Shown here: positions 48,377 through 57,831 of the stretch, piece after piece
Layout of the letters: each line of letters opens with the position of its first letter
How positions within the stretch are numbered: position 1 is the stretch's first letter
Assembly (NCBI GenBank): GCA_003427395.1
Contig: BFEA01000016.1
Span: 4,898,128 to 4,955,958, forward strand
Length of the DNA: 57,831 nt
Source of the DNA: Chara braunii
Lineage: Eukaryota > Plantae > Charophyceae
Direction: 5' to 3'
Program-made: the position numbers and the translations under genes
The notes under the pieces: model-generated
Seen by the model: only the letters and a program-made list of their open reading frames with translations
The model's database searches: none
Told to the model about the DNA's origin: nothing

Positions 48377-50271
48377 TCTATACACATGTTTGCATATAAA
48401 CACATATATTATCTAATATCTATCTATAAACCGTGCATATTATATTGTCACGTATCTATCAGGTGAAAAAGCGCATCAGGATTTGAACTCATGCTGTGTT
48501 TCTTAGCAGTTCCATGTTTCACTAACAGTCACATGTTTTACTAACAGTTAACGTGTCTTACTAACGGTTAACGTGTTTTACTAACAGTTAACGTGTTTTA
48601 TTTAGAGTTAGGTACATGGTTGTACCACTGAGCTGCATGGGCTGGGTACTTCCAAGGGTGCTTCATTTTCTTGACGAGCACTTTTTCCCCCATTGAGCCT
48701 GCAGTTCGACTACAACCCACTGCCACCTCTTACAACCACGCTGGTCACCCAGGTGTTCACCGTTTGCCCCCAGCTGGTATGTTGAAAATTGGCAATCTGA
48801 CGGTCATAGGATTTTCTCTGTTGTCAGAGGTTGGCCTGATCTTTCAGCAGGTAGTGGCGGCAGCAGTGTGAACTTTGAACCTCCAGGAGACCTGCCGCCA
48901 TGCCGTAGAGGATGTGGGCTGTATACGGACTCAGAGGGATCCCGTCCCAGTTTGCTGGGCGCAGTGCCCAGTGGGGGGCAGAGCGTGGCACCAGGTCCAG
49001 TGGGCCCATTGGTGCGTGAAGAAAATGCTGCCATGCATCTGGAAGATGGTACGTACTACATCAAAGGTACTCCTGAAAGACACCATACAAAACGTAGGTG
49101 CCATTTCAACCTCGTACCCAATGGATCCGCGTTGAGCAAGCTTCCTTCCCCCCCCCCCCCCCCCCCCCCTCCGGGCCTGTAACCCACCCAGTTTTCTTTG
49201 AAAAAGGGGTCCCTTTGGTTTGCGAGTGGAGGTCGCAGTGACTGGCGCAATATTGTCAAAGGGGGCCTCCACAGACACACATCAAATGCAAAAGCAGTTG
49301 TGATGCATGCGAGTGGAAACAAGCAAGCGCAATATGGTCAAATGCAAAAAGGGCCTCAACAGACGCACATCAAATGCAAAAGCAGCTGTGCTGCAGGCGA
49401 AGTGAAACAAGCAGTCACACACAACAAGATTTCAGTCCGCAGAGCGCCTCTGCAGACGCACATGGAATGCAAGACCAGGTTAGACAGGAACGCCGAAACC
49501 AGCATTCATTTGCCACTTCACGTGCAAACACATGGAGGGCGCACTGTCATGTGCATCTGACCCGGTTATCGGACGTGCACGGTAGAAGGGCGGCCCAGTC
49601 AATCTTCTTCTTCTTCTCTTTTTCTTTTTGTTTTCAGAAACGGGGTTCTCTTTTTATTTATTTTAAGAGCCGGAATCCGGGCCACCGTCCCTTCCATCCT
49701 TGTTACCTCACTCTGCGTTTCTCCTCGTTATGGCCGGGAGAGCCTTCGGACGGTGGAATTGGTTACTTGCTCCTTGAATGGTTTACTGCTGCTCTGCCCC
49801 TGTTTGAATCATGCACCCTCTACCATTGCTGTCCTACCCCCCACTATGCTCTGGCAGCATTGATTACTTTCCCCTGGGAAGGATTGACTGCCAGTTTTGT
49901 TACCGTGGTAGTTTAAAACCTCCTCGACTTCTCCCGACTTCTCTCTCTGTCTTTCCTTTCGCTGTTCTACTTTCTATATCGGTCTACAATACCGTGGTAA
50001 TTTAAAACCTTCCCCCTTCCACGTTTCTTCCTTCCTTTCTTTCTTTTTTTTTTTTTTTTTTTGTATGCCCATCCAACGGTTTGAGCCAGACCCCCTCCCT
50101 CTTTACGTACTACCCTTTTCCACAGAACGTCTCAAAAGTCTAGCCTTTCGCCTTCGTCTTACCTGCCCTACTCTCTTCCCATACTGAAACTTGAGGTTCC
50201 AGCTATGCTTCTGACTTATTGGGGGCTAGCTCTATCTGGGTCTCAGTCCCTGCCCCCACCGTATGAAAACT

Positions 50272-50615
50272 GTTGTCTCTGTCCCTCAATCTTCGCTATC
50301 TCCTTCCCCTTTTCTGGGTGATCCTTCATCTGCCCATTGGGTCCTTTTCCATTGCACCCTATATCCTGCTGTCTCCATCAAGCTCCTAAGTATGTCTCTG
50401 TCCCTCAATCTTCGCTATCTTGCCCCCTTCGAATACTCCTTTCACAAACTCTCCTAAGTATGTCTCTGTCCCTCAATCTTCGCTATCTTGCCCCCTTCGA
50501 ATACTCCTTTCACAAACTCTTCCGTTATCTCCTTCCCCTTTTCTGGGTGATCCTTCATCTGCCCATCGGGTCCTTTTCCATTGCACCCTATATCCTGCTG
50601 TCTCCATCAAGCCCC
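50272..50615. repeat. Nested local tandem duplications
   Basis: TGTCTCTGTCCCTCAATCTTCGCTATCT x3, and an ~85 bp block (50296-50382) repeated at 50526-50612. Confidence 0.9.
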
Positions 50616-51356
50616 TGAGCATCTCTTCCACTTCCTTCATGTGTACTTGCTATCGATCAGCACGTGCACCTTGATCGTTACTTGCCATGTTCTTGGCACC
50701 TTGCTTTCCATGCTTGTGAAAAGAAAAAGCGCGCAGACCATGGGAACACGGGAGACTCAATAAGCGCACTGATCATGGGAAGACATCGTACATGCATGCG
50801 TGATGGGAAGGTGTGGAAACGAAGCAAGCACAACGGAGGACTCAATAAATGCGCAGACCCGGAAGAATACATGCACTGCCTGCTCATGGTACTCTGGTGG
50901 AACTCCGAAACTGAAAGGGTTCGTCATGAGTGACTTCACTGGAGGATTTTCTATTTTGTCAGAGGTCCAGTCCGCACAGCTCTGGCTGTCTTTTCAATGC
51001 GAGACGACCCAAAATTTGAAACAATACCAAAAAACGAAGAAACGATCAAACCAGGTGGGACCTGGTGCAGAAGGTAAAAATTTCCGTAAAATAGAAAAGA
51101 GAGGAGAAAAGGAAAGAAAGAAATGGAAACAGAATACGAAAAGCCTGTCTAAGTTAAGTCTAACCAAAATCAAAAGAAACAAAAAAGGAATCAAAATCAG
51201 ACCCAAGAGAGCTCATGTCAAGCGTGTATGGAAAACTTGATGTTGACAGTGCGCCACTCCTCCATCGTTGACCCTCTGACAAATTCACATGTGCGTGCAC
51301 ACATGCACTCATGTGGTTGTAGAATACCAAAAATGTAACACGTGCTTACGCAGAAG

Positions 51357-51440
<84 letters not shown>

Positions 51441-51657
51441 GGGTTTAGGAGCACTTTATACCAACAAGCTTTTGAGCCATGGATTACGGCCTCCTGTACA
51501 TTTCCAGTGAAATATTCTTTTTCAATCTTTTCTGATAATGCATGCGAAATTGCAAATGCAAAAGGTTATCAGCATCATCTCCCTGAGGTGTGTTCAGGTA
51601 TTGATTCATTCTGGTGCATTTGCCCGTCTTTGATGGCTATTTGTGTGCTCTGTGCAG

Positions 51658-51702
51658 GATGTCTGGGCGCAAGAGTATGACCCGGACAATTTTTCATACG
51701 AG
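51658..51702 (+). CDS. BBR: BBR exon 4
   Basis: TGCAG|...|GTAAAT boundaries. Encodes DVWAQEYDPDNFSYE (DPDxxSYE motif). Confidence 0.9.
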
Positions 51703-53120
51703 GTAAATCGTTGCCCGGCGAAAAAGGATGTAGGAAACAAGTTTGCGACCGGGATGATGCTACTCATCGTCTTTTTTCCTCGAGAAGTCGATTGGTTTCA
51801 CACATTTCATCGCTTCAGCATTCAACGAAGAACAGGCCTCTCTCAAATCTCCAATCCAAAACGCAGTTGGTTACCCGACACGAGCATATCTGGAGTTCGC
51901 TAAGGCGTTTGATTTGATGATTTTAATGATTCAAACCACTGACTGTTATCTCGAGTTAGGATGAGCGAAATGGTGTCCTTGCACTTGCTTGGTGACTGAC
52001 TGAATGGTACCCAGCAGCAGTTGCAACTTGAGTTGTGGAGCTGAAGGCTGAAGGCTGAAGGCTGTTTGTTCTAGTCGTGTTCGACTCTGGAGTAATGTCG
52101 AGCACGGAGTGTTCAGCAGAATAAAAGTAGGCGAAAGCAGAAGAAGAACAATTCTCTCAGTGCCACAGTGCTTTGGAACAGTATGCATGACCACAATGCT
52201 GCGTGACAATTTGCATCATGGTGGTCCTGTCCTGTTTGATGGTCTGAAGGTAGAACCAACATGCACCCGCAAGAGTGTTCACATATTGGATGGGCGAGAT
52301 TTCACAAACCTGTCGGGTAGGGTTGCTGTCATGGGGATATGCAGAACGCCATGCAGGGAAAGGTCAATTGAAACCAGACTCTGTCAATTGGCTTCTCCAC
52401 ATTTGTGACCAGCTCTGCTTTGCCCAGTTGCTATGTCTGATCTCCCTCTGCTGATCCCCCTCGTGTACACCGACTCACTCGCAATCAGGCCTGTTGCCCA
52501 GTTTGCCAGGTAAGGCTCCACTGCCAGCTGGTCAGACAGGTGGGGAGAGCGAGCAGCTCCCTAGGGGGGGCAGGGGCCGGGCGCTGGCGTATTTCATTTG
52601 TGGATAAGGTGTTAAACCACCGGTACCTGGCCCATATGTCGGCCGCGGGGCGTTGTCGTTAACGCCCCACAAGTTTCGGAGGCCCGGGGTACCGGACTTG
52701 AAAAGCTGACGCCGTCAGCCAAAACAGTTGGCGGGTCGGCGCAAAATGACGCGCAGGGCATATTCGGGCTCGGCATCGATAGCTGGGCCAAGTACTGGTG
52801 GTTTAAGGACTTTCAGTAGGGAGAGCGGCGCACTCTCTGCAATGGGTGTAATGCATTCGAGGGCAAGCTTATTATTGTGGAGGTCGCAGAGTGGGCGAAG
52901 GTGGTCATGAATGCCACCTTTTTTGAAGTTTGAGAGGGGTGAAGAGGGCGCAGCAGGGAGGGGGGGCGGAGGTGGGGGAGGGGAAGAGCTGGAGTCGGCG
53001 AAGTTTATGTTTACACAAACTATGCGCATCGGTTTGAAATTTTTTGAAACTTTGAATTGAAAGGTCTTTCGTGTTGAGTTGAGTTCTTACTGCTGTTTCA
53101 GTTTTTCTTGGGCCGCGCAG

Positions 53121-53281
53121 GAACTGGTAGCTCTGGGAGATGTCGTGGGAACGGAGAGCCGAGGATTGCCACAGGAGGTGATTGCCTCTCTGCCTAGGTC
53201 TACATATGGGCAGGTCAGGCAGCAAAGCGGAAGTGGTGAAGGAGATGGATCTAGCCAATCCACTGTGGCTGAAGAAGAACA
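53121..53281 (+). CDS. BBR: BBR exon 5
   Basis: GCAG|...|GTGAGT boundaries. Encodes ELVALGDVVGTESRGLPQEVIASLP..., phase 2. Confidence 0.92.
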
Positions 53282-53842
53282 GTGAGTATGGTTTTGTTTC
53301 CTTGTTCCTTTGGATATGCTTCCCGGACAACAGTGTGCGATTACGTTGCAGAAATCTCAAATTTGCCACTTCCATTCTACGCTCTTTGCCTGAACAGAAT
53401 GCCCGGTCGTTATCGCTGTTTCTAGACTGAAAGTTGCCCCAAATATGGCTACGATGACCGGGTGTTCTGTTGGGGTGAAGGCGGTAGTAGCACAGATGGG
53501 TGAAGATCAAGGTTCAAGATGACTGACTGACTCGGGAGAATTTGGATATGCATTGCGCCAGGGGCGATGAATGCTCGTATGTGATTTGACAACGATTCTG
53601 ATTGCCAATTTGTCGGAGACTCTGCATCATTGCAGCTGAATGCAGACTTGTATTGATGTGGAAACTTTATGCGATGCGGTTTCTCGGTGATGAGGTTCGG
53701 CCGTTCTTGCTACGGCATAAGTATCGTGCAAGTCAACTCTTCTTGTCTTGATTGAAGTTCCAAAAAAAAAAAAAAAAATCCAACTTCAAACTTCAAACTT
53801 CAAAGTGTATAACTTTTTTCTTTTTTGGATCTCGTTGTGCAG

Positions 53843-53951
53843 ATGTGTGGTGTGCCGGCTGGAGTTCGAGGCAGCAGACACTGTCACTGTGCTTGGCTGC
53901 AATCACGTCTATCACTCGGAGTGTATACAAGGATGGCTGAACATCAACAAG
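53843..53951 (+). CDS. BBR: BBR exon 6, RING-H2 domain (final CPxC exon not found in window)
   Basis: TGCAG|A TGT GTG GTG TGC...AAC AAG|GTATTC encodes CVVCRLEFEAADTVTVLGCNHVYHSECIQGWLNINK. Confidence 0.92.
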
Positions 53952-54077
53952 GTATTCCTTCTTGCTTTGTTCGTCTCTCGTTGCCCTCTTGAAAATGTCT
54001 TCCCCGCTCCCTCTGTTCTCCCCGCTCTCCTCCGTCAGCCAAGGTTTCCTTGTGCCCAGGCGTCTACCACTTACTCA

Positions 54078-54196
54078 GGGCATACTCGCACAGGGCTATT
54101 TTACTTGTTTATGAACGTAGTTGCGGTCGCATACGTCCGCGTCCGGCCGCAAATGCAATCAGATACATGTAAGGTAGCGTTAGTGTGAGTATGCCG
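54078..54196. mobile_element. Tourist-like MITE of the GGGCATACTC family
   Basis: GGGCATACTCGCAC...GTGTGAGTATGCCG, flanked by TCA and TTA. Confidence 0.65.
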
Positions 54197-54601
54197 TTAG
54201 CTCTGTCGCAGTGAATCTCCAGTGCTGCTTGGCCGGCAGGCAGTCAGTCAGGCAGTGAAAACCATATCTTGTGGTGAAACCATATCTTGTGGTGAAAATA
54301 ACTCAAGCAAAACCTACTTCGAAATTTGAATGCCAGACCATCTGGTCAGGGTCCCAAAAAAAAGGGTGGGGACAGGTCTGTCTGTGTCAGTCTGCCGCGC
54401 ACCGATTGTCTTCGGACGTTTTTTCCAGACCCGGTGTTACACGCCCAGTCGGGCGATGTACATATAAAGCCAAGGATCCGCAATGTGATAAAAAGGACTG
54501 AATGGACAATGCAGTGCAAGTGCAATCTCAATAAGCAATGTACATCCTGATACATACGAAATGGTGCTTTGTAGTGCAGTGGAAGACTTAGATATAAGCC
54601 C

Positions 54602-55745
54602 TGACCTGACCGGGACTGACCTCTCTCACATAGTGCAAGATAGCACAGCAGAATGGTAGAATACCAATGACTAGCCCAATCAATGTCGCAGTGCAGACCA
54701 AACAGACATCATCCTCATCACAAGGTGTGACGGGGCCTGGCGCTACACACAGGAAGAATGCGCCAGGTCCAGACCATACACAGACGAAGAGGAGGGAATC
54801 AGACGAAGAAGAAGGGGGGCGATGGGAATGTCGTCAACACCAAGTCTTCGTTACAAGGCCCAGATAATCCCTCGTCAAATGTCTGAAGCCCAATGTCGAG
54901 TCTGGATCCAAATGTCACCAAGCCTGCTCTCTCATAGTCTGCTGATGCAGTGAAGTCAGGTAGCGAGAGGGTGAGAGGGAGATGGTGGACTGAGNAGAGG
55001 AAGAAGAAGAACTCTCTCTCTCTCTCATTTGCCAGCCTTGCCAGGTACTAACCTGTGAAGATGGCGCCGTGCTGCAGGCACCTCGAAGGCGAAGCTGGAG
55101 CTATGGCGCTGCAGGTAAAGTCTCCCTGGCCTCCTCCCAATCTCTCTCTCTCTAGTACTATAGCTCCTAATAGCGGCCAGCGCTGAAGACTACTGCTAAC
55201 GCTACTAGCGCCTAGCGCTGAAGACTACTGCTAACGCTACTACTACTCCTGCAGCACTCCTTCAGAGTGCTGCTGCCGAATCCTGAAGACTACCTCCTGC
55301 TTCCTGAACTGCACATGAAGTGCCTGGGAAGTACCTACCTGCAGCCTGCAGGGCGGGCCAGTCCTATATAGTGCTGCCCCGTCCAGGAGGCTGCTCTTGC
55401 CAATGCCGCAACGTGCCAGACCCTGGCGTTGAAGCTCAACCAAGGGTTGTCTTGAAAACAGGCCCAAAATGGCCTGTGCTAAAACCCTGGTCTGGTGCCT
55501 GAGTTTCAGGGCAGGTCGATCTTATGGGGGCCTGAAAATGGCCCTCCGTTTCAGGCTGAAAAGACTCAGGGCCGGGAAGGCCATGTTTTAGGCTGAGACG
55601 ACACAGGGCGTGTAGGCCCTTGTTTTCAGGCTTTCAGGCTGAAAGGACACAGGGCCTGTAGGCCCTTGTTTTCAGGCTTTGGGGCTGAAAACGACACGGG
55701 CCTGAAAATGGCTTGTGCAGCCTGTTGCAGGCGCAGCATGTAACA
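54602..55745 (-). mobile_element. Candidate solo LTR
   Basis: Minus strand begins TGTTACA and ends GGTCA. TATATA box near 55365 and CAGGGCC/AGGCCC repeats. No clean TSD. Confidence 0.4.
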
Positions 55746-57389
55746 CCCTGTCTGGATGGCGGGGCGGCTGGGCTGGATGGACTCCATCCAGACCCAAAAA
55801 CTCCGGCCACACACCTGTGCCAGTCGCCTACCTCTCAAGGCCGTTTAGCTGTTTGGCTGTAGAGCCTAAGTTATTGATTGATTGTCTGGCATTGATTGCC
55901 TGGCACGAATGTTTGTTTGGCCAGATCCATCCGTCCGGACAGGATGTTGGATTTAAATTTTGAACCTGGCCTGATTTCTGGACAGTTCAGAAGAGTTTTG
56001 CGGAGATGCACTTCTTTCAAATGGTTTTGTCGCAAGACGAAACTTCGTAGTAATAAAATAAATACGCGCAGATAGCTAAATGCCATAAAGGCTGCGTGTA
56101 CTCGGGCTTGGTTGGTGGTGATTTCTATATGTACATTCTTGCGGTGATTTTATGTGTGTCGAAAGGAAAGCAGCAGAATCTGCCTGTTGTTTCTGTGAAT
56201 GTTTGTTTGGCCTTCAGAGCCGTGTTGTTATTCGGGGAGGGGGGGGGGGGGGGGGGGGGGGAAGGGGGGTTACTGGCTCGATTCAGAGGCGTGGAGGCGG
56301 CGGCCTTGGGGCGCGAGTCCTCCTGTGGAAATGGTGTCCGACCGAGGATGGCAACGGCAGTGCACAGCTGTGTCGGATTGTAGGTCGTGACAGCCAAATC
56401 TTGTTTTGGCGTTCTGTGCCGCTAAATGAAAAGATATGTCATCCATGGAAGACATTTCCAACCCGGAAACTTGTCCCGTGCCCGATGCAGGGTCATAAAC
56501 CAGTCTTGAGAATCAGTGCAGGCTCGGAAGGGTAAACCTGAATGAAGCGGTGGTTGGTAGGGGGGTGTTCTAAGGGGGCATGCAATTTCCACGTTTCTGT
56601 TTTCCTTATTTGTCCCTTTGCTTTCTCAGTGTTGAACTTGGCGGCGACGCCGGCGAGGAGTTTTGAGGCTGACCCACGTCCAGCAGTCATTCGTAAACGT
56701 ATTCCTAGACTCAGTGCTCGGAAACAAATAAGAAATAAGTTTAAGAAATAAAGTTTAAGAAATAAAGTTTAAGAAATAAAGTTTAAGAAATTAGTTTGAG
56801 AAATTAGTTCAAGACAGGGCTGGTCCCCGGATGGACCGGGGACCCCTACCCCATCCGCGGTCCTTCCGGTTGGACCGGCCGTTGGCCCCGGCCGGTTCCC
56901 TCCCGGTTGCCCCCAGCGCATTTTCGCTGGGGGCTGAATTTTTTTTTTTCTGTCGGCGCGTATGTGTTCCCAAGGCCTCGTGGGTGCGGGCCCTGCCCCG
57001 CAATTTCGAAACCGGGTCCTGTAGGCCCGGATTTTTCAAGTACAGAAAGTGGCCCCTAATCTATAAGAAAAACGGGCAGAGGATATCCGCCGATGATCTG
57101 TACAGATCAGCAGCGGAGAACAGCCATGCGTTTTTCCTAAGATGTGGGTCGGGTAGGCCCCTAATCCAATTTGTCATCTTGTGGTCCATGTACCAGTTAC
57201 CATTGGCAACATCTGATGCTTTTTCACCCTCAGCCATGAGGGGAACACTATGCCTCTGATGAGACTCTGCTGAGATTATATCCTTCTGCGACGTCCCTGC
57301 CATCTGTGGAAAAAGTTATGGGTTCGGATTTTGGAATTGTGATTTCAGAGCCGTCTGAGGTGCAATCCCAAGAATGGACCTAAAATATG

Positions 57390-57511
57390 GGGCGTTGCTG
57401 CACTACTCTCGACATGCACAAAAGACAAAAATCTTGGCGGTGTATCTTTCCGAATGCTAGTGGAAGATTCACTCTCGTTTTGCACATTTCGAGAGTAGTG
57501 CAGCGAGGCCC
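57390..57511. mobile_element. Tourist-like MITE, same family as 34186-34307
   Basis: Near-identical internal sequence and TIRs. More decayed copies at ~22225-22300 and ~35226-35340. Confidence 0.8.
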
Positions 57512-57831
57512 ATATTCTTCTCTCTATCTATCTCGAATGGACCTTGCTCCACTACATGTATCTGGACAGACTGCCAGACAAGATCCTTCCGGACTGACAA
57601 CTCACCTTATGTAGGAACCAACAAACAGAAAACGCTCTGCCTCCACGAGCAGAAAACTCGAACCATAACCTTTCTGCTGTCGAAATATACTCTGGAAGAG
57701 CTATAATTTCGGGCAAGGACCTCCTCTCATCATATCTGGTTCAGCTCATGGGGTATCAATATCAAATGACATACTCCACGAAGTGCTCCAGCGACGGGGG
57801 GGTCGGATAAGTGAACTTGCTTACTTGACCC

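Noticed and set aside
56468-56490. TCPVP as the last BBR exon
   Set aside because: Lacks the final Cys and an AG acceptor; the true CPxC exon probably lies beyond the window.
57238-57320. CTGATGAG as a hammerhead core
   Set aside because: No stem II closed by GAAA at a suitable distance.

Overview
Eukaryotic nuclear DNA from a repeat-rich streptophyte. A charophyte such as Chara is inferred from the mitochondrial fragments and repeat content, not proven. The only host gene is a + strand BIG BROTHER-related RING-H2 E3 ligase: six exons at 29589-53951, with the last exon not found in the window. Its 15.4 kb first intron holds a decayed antisense L1-type LINE with nested MITEs and a nad1 NUMT. 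Upstream are a second decayed LINE, a mosaic NUMT (nad5, ccmFC, LSU rRNA, group II intron pieces), several MITE families, tRNA-like SINE heads, microsatellites and three assembly gaps. Two Nextera mate-pair adapter artefacts are present (9306 and 38406). The most notable signal is a family of type III hammerhead ribozymes. An intact copy (30956-31019) and a truncated copy 577 nt upstream bound a retrozyme-like element with ~125 bp terminal direct repeats and an internal anti-ribozyme helix. A third diverged copy (1282-1337, minus strand) shows a compensatory stem change. A separate minimal type I hammerhead candidate lies at 19173-19227.
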